A stretch of 64,000 nucleotides of DNA from Lama guanicoe (Eukaryota). The stretch spans positions 11,336,873 through 11,400,872 of the forward strand of contig MU053881.1 of the NCBI GenBank assembly GCA_013239625.1, given 5' to 3'. The translations under genes were made by a program, and so were the position numbers. Under the pieces are notes generated by a model. It did not search any database, was not told where the DNA came from, and saw nothing but the letters and a program-made list of their open reading frames with translations. Positions 13,386-26,814 of this stretch are shown in pieces. Each line of letters starts with the position of its first letter. The stretch's first letter is position 1.

Positions 13386-16300
13386 TTCTGGAGGTTTTTT
13401 GTGGAGCTCCGAACACTAGGGAAGGTTGAGGCTTCCATCAGCATTAAAGAGAAATTGGATAACAAGACACAGACTACTCAAAGTCTTTTCTCTGGAAAGG
13501 AAATGAATACAATCCTTATATGAACACTCTATAAACATTCCTTGGAAAGAGCAACTGCTTACTCTTAGGTTAAGAAATGACAAGATGTACAGGTAGTTAA
13601 GACCCTTCAGTATGTTTTCAGACATGGTTTCCCAAGGTACTGCTATTTTAACTGTTTATTCAAGGAGTCATTCTGTGTTCAGATACAACTCAGTTTCTAA
13701 AATGGGACAGTGATTGCCATTTTCATGTTCTCAACGAGTTCTTAGAGCTTAACAGTCATTTCTTCCTTAACAGCATGTCCCTTATTAAAGTACTGATGAT
13801 TAACAAGTCGTTGAAACCTACAGAAGATCCTCTATCCTCAAAGCAGCATGACTATTCCTTTCAGGCCCCACAGGCTCCCTTCTGTTTAAGGCAAGCTCAA
13901 ACTCTGAAATAGGTCTGATATCTGTTCGCTGTCAATAATGTGTTATGAGTGTGTAGATATCCATCCACTAAAATCAGAGCTGAGATTTTCAGCTCATTCA
14001 TTTTGATTATCCTGGAAGAGCTATGAAAGAAAACTTTTAATCAATAGCAACTTGGCTATGTATGTATATTTTTTTAAATGACCCAGAGGTAAAAATATTC
14101 TTTTGAAATCTGTATTATTCAAGTCATATATCTCCTCAGTCTGACTGTAACTCACACATTTATTGTTTATGTTTTATAAAATAATAATGTTCCAGACAGT
14201 GGCTAAGAAATGCTTATTTGCCCATGGGTCACACATCAGAGTTTATATGCACACTGATGGATAGAAGAGGGAGCTTCAATTTGCTTTAAAAGAGTGAGAT
14301 AAAAAAAGATAAAGGAAGGGAAATGGCATTCTCAGTTGATCAGTTTGATCACTTTTATAGATTGCTTGTCAGAGGGGGAAAAGAAATCACAGACATCGCT
14401 TCAAGTTTTCAAAGGATTAGCACTGGACTAAGTTGTTCCCTAAACCCCTTTTTACCATTATACCTCAATTATTTGACTTTTTCTGTTAGCAAATGCCAAT
14501 CACTCCCAGGTGTCCTTCATTATCAAGTCAAAGCATTTTCCTTCCCAAACCTCAGAATGCTGCAGCATTTCCCAAGGCTTACTGATGGTTTTAAGGGGAA
14601 CCAAACTTTCAGATAAGGTATTTTATACTTTGAAAATCCTTTTAAGAACAGCATGCTGTAAGTGTGTGAGATTAATTCTCTCTCCATCACATGCAGATAA
14701 AGTTGGGGAGGTTTTTCTACTATAATCAGGAGAGTTTTCTGTTACAGTAACCCTTTCTATGATCCAGCAACTGACTGTCCGCCAAAGAAAGAGAAAAAAA
14801 AAAAAAAAGCAGCAGCAGCTTTGAAGCTGTAAGTTAAAACTATTCTATATCGTTAAAAACTGCACTGATGATATGTGAGGTGACTTATGTTAAATTAATT
14901 CTGTACATCAACCTGACTAGATTTGCTCATTTTAGATGGGCATCAACACTGATGCTGGTTTTCAGTTCAGTTCAGTACAAGTTTAGTTCAGTGTATATGC
15001 AACTCAAATCCAAAGAACTGTATGAGAGATGGGAAGAACTAGTGTTTGTGCATTTTTGTGCATTTCTATTTAGAAATGACCAACTTCAAGGTAAATATTT
15101 ACACACCAATGCAGGCTAATCAGGCATCCTTATCAAGTGGTAAAGCTAGTGCTTTACTCAAACTTTAACATGGAATGGTTAAAGGCAAGGACAACTTTCA
15201 GGTGCCCTTATCAACATATTAGCCCCAATTGCATTTTCCAAATATGTTATCAAAATGGTAATTCTGTGCTTTCCTTTCTGTAGCTAGACTAGGTTTCATA
15301 AAGGTAGAATTATTACTATAAATATATTGGGGGGAAACTATTTCAATTACTGGGAGAATATGTAACTCCAAGTCTATTTATTTCAATTTATTCAACTGTC
15401 TTGATATATTCGCGCACAGAACTTTATAAAGAATGAATAAATTCACCTTGAAATTGTACCAATTGACTTTGGCTGGGCTAGGCGGTGAGAGGAATCAGAG
15501 TCCCTTTTTGAAATAAGCCTTGACAATACTGATCAAAACAAAGAGGCTATTCATTTATTAAACTGACAGCTCAACCCCGGCTTCAAGCTTATGGGATGAT
15601 GGGGCCTGGGGTGTTAGTCATGGCCTGGGGGTGCTGGCCTCTACCAGATACATTTTTGCTACTCACACACTCAGAGCCTATATCTGATGGTGTGACATTT
15701 CCTAGGGCACTGGCAGCTGTTCAGATGTCAAGCAGCTGGTGTGAGAACTGTCATCCACTCTAGGTTGTTATTCCATGAGTGACATGTTAGCCCAGAGAAT
15801 TTTTTTTTTTGTATAAAACCAGCTTGGTTTCCCTTTAGTTACTTACAGTCTATCAGAAATTTCAGCAAAGAGATGTGTCATGGATAACAACTCTATTAAA
15901 GCAAAATTGGGCATGCCATGATCATGCTAGAAAATAGTAGTTATTATTATAGGGTTGTGAAAATGTGAGTTAAGCAATTTGTTATGAATAATAGTTAATG
16001 TGCCAAATTTTGTGAATAAATCATTTATTTGGAAAGTGTTAGTGAATTCAACTTTCTATTTACTTATTTAACAGACAAAGCATTGTAATACCACTCTGGA
16101 TACTCTGAAAATAAATGCTGCATAAATGAGAATAATCCTGGGTATGGTATTGAGGGTTGGCTGAGCACACAGATATCTACCCATGAGCAGCCATCCAAAA
16201 GCGGCACAATAATGGGGACTAGGGCAAAAGCATGATCAACATGGCAGTAGCACTTTTAAACTCCCAGTCATCTACCGCATTGTCTTGGCTTCTCAAGTAC

Positions 16301-16929
16301 TTTTAGCAACATTTTAGTGAAAGCATTCTCTCTTGGAACACTGATCACAACATGTTAAATCAAAGGGTTTCTACTTCTAAGAACATACTGCTTTTTGTAA
16401 AATACTAATTCAGTGAAGACAAGTTCCTGAACCAGCATAAGGTGGTGTTAGAATCTGACTGTTGTTTGGAGAAAGACGAAAGTATTTTTTGTTTGTTTGT
16501 TTTAATAGAACAGTCTGAAAAGAATGAAGCAGAGTAAGAATAAGCTCCTGTGAAACGTTTAAATGAAAGCAAAGAATGCATAGTACCACTCACAGCTAGA
16601 GGCTGGATATCCCCAGAGCTTATAATAAATCTCAGTTTTCCTCCAAAGACAAGTTTACTTATGTATTACTTAGGACAGCAAAAACAAGTTAAAAAAATTT
16701 TAAAGTCATTTTACTAAAATGAGAACAGTGTGTCCTGATAAAAATATTGATGGTGATATTGCTAACTTTTTATCCTTTCATATCCTGCTGACATTCACAC
16801 ATGCTCATTCTATATATAAATTCCACACACAAGCATTCACCATCATATAGTTGACTTTATTGTTTATCCTTTTTTCCTATATTCATTTCCAATTATTTGT
16901 AACATTATTACACACTTTCCTCAGGGCAT

Positions 16930-17335
16930 CATTCTTCCCATTGCAAGCCCACGTAATGTAGATAAGGCTGAATTAAACCCAAGATCAAAGGGCAAACATG
17001 TGACCAACTATTGCCTTGCACACCCCTGTATGTGGCAAGTGATTCTAATTTGGCCAATCAATTTTGGTCCAGAAATTTCAATTTGAATTGCTGAGGAAGA
17101 GTTTTGAGGATGTTAAGTACCCTACTGTACTACTGAGCAAGCTTCTCTGAAGGGTGAATGGTTACAGAACTAAAAACAAATACAGGAAAGGGCCTGGGGC
17201 ATACATTTAGATCCCGAATTTATCCTTATCTGAAACCAAACATACCTTTCAGTAATGTAAGCAAATAAATTCTCTGTTTCATTTAGCCAATTTGCAGCGG
17301 TTTTGATATGTACACCTAGACAAATGTTAATTTAC
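16930..17335 (+). mobile_element. Old MaLR MLT1 (K/L-like) LTR
   Basis: ACATGTGACC, TTGGCCAATCA and TTTCAGTAATGTAAGCAAATAAATTCTCT...TTAGCCAATTTG are typical of MLT1 LTRs. Confidence 0.6.
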
Positions 17336-17343
17336 CTATATTC

Positions 17344-17400
17344 AAATTGTGCTGTACACCAGAAATTGATAAAACACTGTAAACTGTACTTAAATAAAAA
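17344..17400 (+). mobile_element. Very short L1 3' terminal fragment
   Basis: AAATTGTGCTGTACACCAGAAATTGATAAAACACTGTAAACTG resembles the L1 3' end at 26991-27035 and the reverse complement of 8222-8270. Confidence 0.7.
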
Positions 17401-17557
17401 TATATTTAAAAATTGTTATTAAGTACTCTTTTTAAAAGTTGTTATACAAATCTGTGTTTGGAAAGGGAAAAATATTAAAATATATTTCTGTGAATATTTG
17501 ACAAATAGGCTTCACCTACATTTTCTGCCTACACATTAAGGGAAAAATATACTCTAA

Positions 17558-19098
17558 AAAATGGTACTAGATAACTGGACATCCACATGCCAAGAAAAAA
17601 AAAAGATTTTAGACACAGAGCTTATACCTTTCAAAAAAATTAATTCAAAATGGATCAAAATCTTAAAAGCAGCCAGAGACAAATGACAAGATATCTTCAA
17701 ACAACTGAAATTCAGACTGAAATTAACTTAGCAGAAAAAACAAAAGCCAACCAACAATGGAATGTTAACCTTCAAAAACCTGAAAAACAAAATACAAACC
17801 TGCTTATCTGGAATTCTACATCCAGCAAAAGTATCTATAGAGAATTAAAGTGTAGTAAAGACATTCTTGGGCAAAAGACAAAGTTTTTTTTTTTTAAATG
17901 AAAGAATTCATCACCATCAGGCTTGTAGTAAATGAAATTCTGAGTGGAGTTGTTTAAGCAGAAGAATGGTGATCACAGAAGGAAGCCAGAATGAGGGAAG
18001 GTAGGAAAGGCAATGAAGAGTAATATGTACAAAAATGAACTCAAAATGGATCACAGATGTAAATGTGAAACACAAAACAATAAAACTCCTAGAAGATAAC
18101 ATGGGAGAAAACCTAGATGACCTTGGGTACAGCAATGACTTTTCAGATACAATACAAAGGCATGACCCATGAAAGAAATAATTAATAAATTGGACTTAAT
18201 TAAAATTTTTAAAATTCTGCTCTATGAAAGATAATGTCAAATAATAAGATGAGTCATAGATTGGAAAAAAATTTGCAAAAGACACAGCTGAAAAAATGAC
18301 TGATATCCAAAATAGACAAATAACTCTCGAAATTCAAAAATAACCTGATTAGCAATGGGCCAAAGACCTTAACAGACACCTCACCAAAGAGATACACAAT
18401 ACACAGATGGCAAATAAGCATAAGAAAAGATACTCCATATCATATGTCACCAGGAAATTACAAATCATAACAACGAGATAACACTGCACACCTACCAGAA
18501 TGGCCAAAATCTGAAACACTGGCAATATCAAATGCTGACAAGGACGTGGAGCTACAAGAATTCTCACTCACTGCTGGCTGGAATGCAAAACAGCACAGCC
18601 ATGTTGGAAGACAGCTTAGCAGTCTCTTACCCAATTAAACATACTCCTATCAAACTAGCAATCATGTTCCTTGTTATTTACACAGAAAACTTGGAAATGG
18701 ATGTCAAAGACTTAAGCAAGTCCTCACAAGAACTTAAAACACAGATGTTTACAGCGACGGATGAACAGGCTGAGCACAGAGGGCTTTTAGGACAGTGAAA
18801 CTACACTGTATGAAACTATAAGGATGGATACATGTTGTTATTATACTTGTGTCCAAACCCACAGGATGTACAATATCAAGAGTGAACCATAATGTAACCT
18901 TTGAACTTTGGTTGATTATGATTTTGGGTGTCAATGTAGATTTATCCTTTGTAACAAATGAACCACTCTGGTGAGGGATGTTGATAGTGGAGGAGGTCAT
19001 GCCTGTGGAAGAGAACGGGTTATATGTTAAAAATCTGTGCCTTCCTTTCATGTTTCTGTGAACCTAAAACTATTCTGAAAAGGTAGTCTTAAAAAAAA
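17558..19098 (+). mobile_element. L1MC1-like LINE-1 3' part, with an ORF1-derived insert at 17658-18030
   Basis: ORF2 3' motifs (AACTGGACATCCACATGC, AAAACTCCTAGAAGATAAC, CAGATGGCAAATAAGCAT). L1MC1-type 3' UTR (GAGCACAGAGGGCTTTTAGGACAGTGAAACTA...GTGAACCTAAAACT) ending in an A-run. Confidence 0.88.
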
Positions 19099-19192
19099 TT
19101 CTTAACAAAAACAAAGTTAACACTTAACAAAAAATTAACTTAAAAAAATTAACACTTAACAAAAACAAATTTAACACTTAACAAAAAATAAA
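19099..19192 (+). repeat. Short degenerate tandem repeat (TTAACACTTAACAAAAA units) at the L1 tail
   Basis: TTAACACTTAACAAAAA occurs three times, plus partial units, directly after the L1MC1 A-tail. Confidence 0.8.
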
Positions 19193-22100
19193 CATACACA
19201 CACAAACAACTTGTAATTTTACAGGGAAATGGCCATTATATTGTGCTACCAACACAGAATCTTGGTCATCTAGAGATGCATGACCATAATTAATATTTTT
19301 GTTTGCTTGTTTTCAGATTTTTAACATTACTTTAGTGACATTCAGAAAAAGAGAGAGGGAGAAATGGTCTGAAATTGCCAGTGTTTTCCTATATCATCAG
19401 TCTATACATAAATAAAATATATAAGCATATATGTAAAGTATAGAATAATTAAAATCACTAAGAATTTTGGGATTTAATGCAAATATAGAATTATGTAAAG
19501 TATACATACAAAGAAATAGTCTCAGATAAAATACACACATATATGTGCATATGTATATTTGTATATACAAAATAAGCATATATTCATTATTAGAAATGGA
19601 TATATATTCTCATTTTTATAGGTTTTTTTTTAAATATCTTGATTATTTAATCCTACCTCTTCCTTGAATGTTTTCTCTGTGCACTTAAGTAGACAACTGT
19701 TGCTTAAATATTTTTTGCTTGTATTTTGGTTTCTTGATCACTTTCAATACTTAACATTGTGAAAAACAATTACTTATTTGATTCTTTCAAGTTTGACTAT
19801 CCTCACTATTAGGTTTTTCCTATTGTGTATTTAATTATTGTCTTTCAAATGAACATATATGTATAGATATAGATATTTGTATGTACATATACATAGGTAT
19901 AGATGCTTCCTATCTATCCACGGAGAGGAAAGGGACAGAGAGAGAAAGAGAGAGCGAGAGAGCACCCTAAGCTAGTGTGTTGCTTTAAATTTAGGTTTTG
20001 GGGCTTCTCTCTTCTTAATTTTCAAAAAGTTCTCTATATACCAGGGGGAAAAAACCACCGTTAGGTATTTGTAACTACTCTAAGTCAAAAGATTTAGTTA
20101 TTCTTTGTTTTGTTTTGCAAGTGAAGCGATGATGTTAGGATGAGGGCAATTGGGAGGAGGGAGAGAAAGTTCACTAGCCTCTTTGACCCCTAGTCTACTA
20201 TAATGTTCAAGGTTATTAAGTGATACCTGCTAGGCAGAAATAAATTACCGTACTAGAAACCATGGTATTGAAACCATGAAGCACATATAACAGGAAATAT
20301 TTACAGTAACAAATGTGTTTATCTTCTGTATATTATAGTATTAGCATGAGATAGGATGTTACAATTTGTAGTTTTTTGCATTTTCTCAAAAACTTGAATC
20401 AAATTCAGATTTCTCACTCAGTTAAAAGCACTACTCTATCACCAATCTAATCTAATTTTAGATTTGATGCAATCTTCTTCTTATTACTTTGACCAAAATG
20501 TTTGAAGTTCAGAATTTTTGAGGATTTTCTTAGTTCATTTTCTGATTTAAGATCAGACTAGGAAAGTGGTCATTACTTATCATTTTGTTTATTCCTACAG
20601 AACTAGCAAATTGTAGATGTTAATTTTTTTAATAACTGAATCTTATAGAATCAGGCAAAAGCTTGGTATTTTCTCGCTTTTAAATATTCAGTAGATATCA
20701 GCCTGAAATTTTTTTTATTTTGAAAATCTACATCAGAACCCACATAAATGTAGTCTCATAGTACAAAGTCTAAACTCAACCAGGAAAAATTCCTTTTATG
20801 TGCACTCATGAGTGTCAGAGGAGGCAACAATTCTGTAGACAGAATGAAATTTCTAAAGAAGCTTTCATATATTTTAACAGAAATTCTCATTTATCAAATA
20901 CAAAGTTTCATGAATATTCCTCAGGAAAAAAGAGGTGTAAATTTTGTCTTTATTATTTAATACTACCAGTTGACCTGTTTTGATTCACATTATTGAAAAT
21001 GATGTTTCCTATTTACCAATTCTAAATATTTTGCTGTTTTCCCTTCTGTTTGTTCTGGGGTTTTTTGTTGGATTTTTGTTTGTTTTGTTTTGTTTTGATT
21101 ATTTTTGATTTTTTTAGAAATAAAAAAACAAATGAAGAATTTGAAACTTTTGTAGCATTGAATAGCTAACCTCCAGTCCTATCTTCATCTCCTTTTACTC
21201 TCAAGAGAGAACGAAACTCTTTGTAGTAGTCTTCAGACATCAAGCATCTCCTCTCATATTTGTGATTTTTCTTTCTCTCTCCTCAGCAAAATTGCTGATC
21301 AAGTGTCAGGTTCCATTTGGATGGCTTAACAGCCCATCTTGTCAGTTTTTACAGCTCTGGAAAATGTTCCCGATTTGCTTTAATTGTCTTCTCTTAGATG
21401 GCAGCAATCAAATGACAGTGATATGGGAAGTGTTTCCTATTACAGCAATGAGTTTAGACTCTCCAGCCCTCTCAGCCATACCATATACAAGTGATAATGA
21501 ACAACCTGACAATTAAACAGACACCATTTTTGAGTCGCTATATAAACAGCAGGACACAGTCTTATTACGTAATTACTAGAATACCAGCTGATACAAAAAA
21601 GCCAGCATTTTCTTCTAATGTGTGCACTCCAGAAGAATCTCCTTGGAATTGATTCCTTTATCTACTTACTTAGATTAAAGCCTGCCACCGTGTAATGAAA
21701 AAACATACTTCTTATACTTAACCTGCCAACATGTTCCCTTTCCCCTTCTTAATACTACAGACATTAATTAATTATCCATTCCTTTAAAGATTGAAAAAAA
21801 ACCTATGTACAAAGTATCACAAATTGCTAATTCTTATGAAAAAGGAGTATTTTCTACATTTACACTAAATTAATTCCCTCTCTGAATTCAGGGTAAGTAA
21901 GCAACCATGAGTAGATTGTTAGTGAAGAATTTTTTAAACAATTTAATAATTCCAGAGAGGTATTTACATACATCAATGCTCAAATTAACTTTTGTAAGAA
22001 AGATTACTCTCTTATTCAAGTCCCTTACTGTTGTCTAGTAGATGGATGGTTGAATGATGCAGAACTAGTAAGTAATTTCTTACATGTACAATCACTGTAA

Positions 22101-22694
22101 AATTTCTTCAGACTCTTTATTTTTAATTTTATATTTGGAATTTTAAACCACAGAAGAGTCAATTAACATGACTAATCTAGTCAGCTAGGTTTCTCACTTT
22201 AAAGCATCATGGAATATATTGAATTTTAAAGTAAGAAATTATCTAATGCTGTATTTTGACCTCAGGACACCTAATTTATTTGTGAAAAAAAATAGTTGAG
22301 TCTTTTTCTTTTTTTTTTCTCAGCCTCTCAACTTTGTCAGGTTCCTCTTTCAAATCCTATGTATATAAAATGGAAAGTTAGAAAATGCTACCACTTTTCA
22401 TGTAACTCATGTTTTTATCATTGTTTTCTTTTTATATTCAAGAAGGTATATATAATATGAAGTTTCTTAGAAAAGATGAAATTGATAATATCCAAAAGCA
22501 TGGGGAATATGCAAAGATAACTAAACTAAGAGCCACAAAAAACAAACAAGTAGCCTGGAAAAGACTGATGTGTCATACAGATTTGATTGTTTGATTGTAG
22601 GGAGACCATGCAGGAAGAGACAAAAAGAACAATTATTGAATATTCTGGTGTTAATCACTATGGTAGGAAATTTGGGTTTTTTAAAAAAGTACTC

Positions 22695-22840
22695 TACTCC
22701 CACAATAATGCTATCTTATTCCCACTTCACAGAGGAGAAAACTGGTTCAGCAAGATGAAATAACCAATTAAGCAGTTTATGCAGGGTAACCTGGGATTTA
22801 TACCACGTCTACCTGGCTTTATAATCCAAGTTCTCTAGGC
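22695..22840 (-). mobile_element. MIR SINE fragment
   Basis: ATTCCCACTTCACAGAGGAGAAAACTGG is the antisense MIR core; CTGGGATTTATACCACGTCTACCTGGCT follows. Confidence 0.7.
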
Positions 22841-24548
22841 CCCCATATTTGCATACAAGAATGTATATGGGAAGATGGGTTTCCTTTCCCTATAATTAAA
22901 GATTGATGAAGGAGTTATTAATCTTTAAAGAAATCCACCAACATTTGTTAGTAATATGTGACAGAATATAATTTTCTTACTTTTAAAAATACTCTCTTAC
23001 TTTCTAACTTCAAAACTATAGGTTAGAATTTTAACTTAAATCTGCAGTAAAAATACATATGGTAGGTATCACACAATGCCTGCTAATAACTTTAAAGATA
23101 CAATTAAATGAAGCTTGCCTTCTCTTTCCTAGGATACAACATTAATTTCTTTTTCTTCCACAGATATTCATTCTTACAGTTCTAATCCATCTGTTGTCAC
23201 TGTAATTTTTCCATGTTTTAAAACTCTTTATATAGCCCAACACAAAATAGGATTACTACACTGATGCATGATTTCTCATTATTTGTGAGTCATAATAATA
23301 AAATATTCCTAAATAAAGGGAATTATTATATAGGGGATATATATATATATATATAATTTTCAAATATGAAATCCAGTGTTGGTAAATGTCTTCACATCTG
23401 TTCAAAATAATGTATTTCAATTCAAGTTATGCAGTTACAACAAACATTAAAGATTAAAGAGAGGTAACAAATTATCACAAGTTTGACAAGATGATGTGCA
23501 TTTCTCGTTTTGTTCTATCCTTGTTAGTCACCTATAAAATTTCAGTACATAGAAAGAAAAGATGATGCAATTTCAAGCCCAGAACTTTGTTGTCAACAAC
23601 TCAATATTTCATCAGAATGAAACGGATTTCCAAAACAAAGATTTCTTCTTACATGGGAACCAACAGTTATAGACTTCATTTATTATTATAAAGATTTAGA
23701 CGTATCAAACCAGATTTCTTCAACTAAAGAAGTGTACTAAAAACCAGATAAGATAGGTAGTTTACAACTGGGCTACCAGATGGTTCTGCCAATAAGTACC
23801 ACAATTCATAAGAAATTTGATTGTATTTGGAAGTACCTAGATTTGATACTTGGATAATTTTATCCTATATCACTAATTATTTTTCTTTGAAAATAATAAA
23901 TAAAATTGTGTTTGGAATAGCATGTAAATCATTCTCTTCACCTTTGTAATGACAAATTTCTTTTTTTGGTTGGTCTTGGAGAGTTTAGGGTATTTCATAA
24001 AAGTTACGATACCTTGATATCAATAAACTATTTGAATTGTGAAATCATCACTTGCAAAATAAATGTATCCTACAAGATATCAAATAAAGAGTTGCACTGA
24101 TTTTTCTACTGAAAATGACCAGTTGTTTTCGTGGAGGGAAATAGCATGAGTCCAGCCTAAGTGAATAACTAGGCAATTGGATTCATGCAAATGCATTTTC
24201 AAAGATAATTATCTCCATTAGGAGAATGATAACATATATGATCAATAGTACCTCACACCCCTCAGCTTCTCCACATGACACGATTGAAAATATTCTATAA
24301 GCTGAACTGACCCACCAAATTAGCTAAGCAACTTGTAAACTACTTTTGTCTTACAACTTTTTGTTTTTATATATCCATTTAGCAAGCTAACAATTTTGAC
24401 AATGAATACACAATCTTATACAATTTGTCTCTTTAGATTTTAAAAACTGAGCTCCACATAAGTCGGGTCCATTGTACGATAAGAATTGTGCTTCATGTGA
24501 AGGAGAAATAGGTACTCGGTGCCAGGGGGGTCTGCGTTTATGTTATAT

Positions 24549-24550
<2 letters not shown>

Positions 24551-24579
<29 letters not shown>
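24551..24579. repeat. (GT)14 microsatellite
   Basis: Perfect dinucleotide run. Confidence 0.98.
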
Positions 24580-25516
24580 CACATGTACACTGAAACACAC
24601 ACATATCCTTGCTGATCTTAGCAAGGATCAAATAGCAATATTTGACCTAATAGCCTCCATACTATTAATACATACGTACGTAAAACCTTTAGAGATAGAT
24701 AAAATTGTTTCCCTGAGCATGTTCGTTCAATGACACTTATCTGAAAATTGTGAGCACGTCATTGCAGTATCTGTAATCATTGCAATACCAAGTTCCATAA
24801 AGAGTTTATGATTTTAGATTAACTTTTCTTCTGAGAAAGGGGTATATAATAAACCCTTTAAAAAGTGCCCAATGTTAAAATATAAAATGAAGTAAAGTGA
24901 GCAATGAAGAAAACCGTTAATCAAATGGCTTAATTATTTACTAATTATTCACTTTAAGCTTTCAAAATACGGTACAGTGTTTGTATTTGTAATAGCACTT
25001 TCATTTTTCATCGAAAAGCATATCCATAAATATTTGTCTAAGTGAAGACCTGCTCTGTATACAAATGATTGTTGAAATTGAGTGCTTGGAAAAAGATCTT
25101 CAATGTTTTCACTGAGAAATAATGAAAACATATTTGATAAATAATTCATTTACACCTGCTGTGCATAATAATCACTCATGATGTTAGAGTTCTTTCTGAA
25201 ATAGTTCTCCAAGTAAGTTGTCCTTTGCACAGTGTTGTTTCCAGTGAAGAGGCCTGAAAGTTTGTGATATTTCAGTGAGCCTGTTGGTCTAGGGATTAAT
25301 ACAATAAAATTGCTCCCGGAAGCTTTGTGTAAATGATTTTATCTTAAATGTGCAAATGGCCTGGTCAAGGTTTAAGTAAGAATTTTGTGAAAGGAAGAAC
25401 ATTATACAAGTCCTAAACCAAGCTACACTGTTTACTTTCTTCAAATATTTATTGATGTAGCATATTAAACTTATAGAATTTTTAAAACAGGTATGAAAGA
25501 ACGTATTAACACTATA

Positions 25517-25704
25517 CAACCCATCCTTCCCAATGTGTGGTCTCCTAAAAAAGCATCAACTAGGAACTTACTAGAAACGCAAATTCTCAGTCCCTACCCC
25601 ATACCTACCATCTTATCAGAAACTCTGGAAGTGGGGCCCAGCGATCTCACTTTAACAAACCCTGTAGGGGATTTTAGTGCTTGTTCAAGTTTGAGAACCC
25701 CTAG
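25517..25704. mobile_element. MER5A hAT-Charlie MITE
   Basis: AGCATCAACTAGGAACTTACTAGAAACGCAAATTCTCAG...ATCAGAAACTCTGGAAGTGGGGCCCAGC...TTTAACAA...AAGTTTGAGAACC. Confidence 0.88.
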
Positions 25705-26814
25705 TTATGTTAGGTGAGTGCCATACTGGGGGCAAAGATTTTTAGGCTGAATATGTTATAAATGTTTAGCATGTCTTGAAGATTAAGAATTTATGAAACA
25801 AACACAAAACATCAAATATTTCCATTCACACATGAGTGTGAAAAATATTTTTTGCACCTTTTACTTTAAACTTATGTTTAAATAATTTTCACATAAGCAG
25901 ACTCTGCCTTTTCACTCTATGCTTTTCAGACTCTATGTCCATTTTCAGAACTTTTTTAATTTCATATTTAATAGTCTATAGCTTAAGAGTACACACTTTG
26001 AGAGGATTCTGAGGAGATACAAATATATACCATTTTCACAGTGGTATTTTGTTTCTTTTTTTGTGGTCAGGCATTGAGTATGTAATATAATTCTTTCATA
26101 ATAATCATAATTATAATAATGATACTAGTAAAAGGATCTCAGATTTTGAGATTTATTTTACCAGGGGGTTTTAATAAATAGAACCATGATTCATACAAGG
26201 ACAGCAATGTGATTTTTAGGTGAAATAAACTGAGATAAACTTTAATAAAATGCCAACAAGTTCAAATAAATCTGACTTTTAAAAAATGTTATCCCTTTTT
26301 TTCTGATTCTTGATGTTTAACAGTTACTCATGAGCTTGTAATCTCTGTATTTCTCAAACAATTTACTTAGTTGAAATTATTTTTCCCACCCAAACATTTT
26401 TTTCCATACCCTAATGTCATTGCTAAAACAACATAGAAATTTCTGCTCTTACAATAGATGTTTTCAAGAAATGATAGGATGAATAAATGAAAAAGGTTAC
26501 CCTATCAATCACCAAGTTCTGGGATGTCTTTATAGAGTAGAGACAGTGTTAATATAAATCTAGTGCTTACTACAGCTATCTAGTGTGTAAATATTGACTT
26601 GGTAGCCATTAGTAATATATGGTAATTAAAATCATGGAATAATTTGAGACTTGGGGCAGTAGAGATAGCAGGCCTAAGACAAAATTAAGGTGTTGATAAG
26701 TCAATAAAATAGAAAAAAAAATAAAATCAGAAAAATACTTGAATAAGAAAAATTATATTAAAGGTGACTGAGTTATTGCAAAAATTATGACTTTATTCAT
26801 ATAAGAATGACCTA

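Noticed and set aside
15593..15631. Potential G-quadruplex
   Set aside because: The third loop is 15 nt, so it is only a weak, non-canonical candidate.
24437..24631. CpG-containing patch with an AG...GT 75-nt unit on + and a 63-aa ORF on -
   Set aside because: The + unit has a weak donor (GTACTC) and stops in all three frames. The - ORF runs through the (CA)n repeat and matches nothing I recognise.
25156..25288. Minus-strand open stretch after a TAG acceptor (PTGSLKYHKLSGLF...)
   Set aside because: Weak acceptor and donor, no recognisable peptide, and no partner exons.
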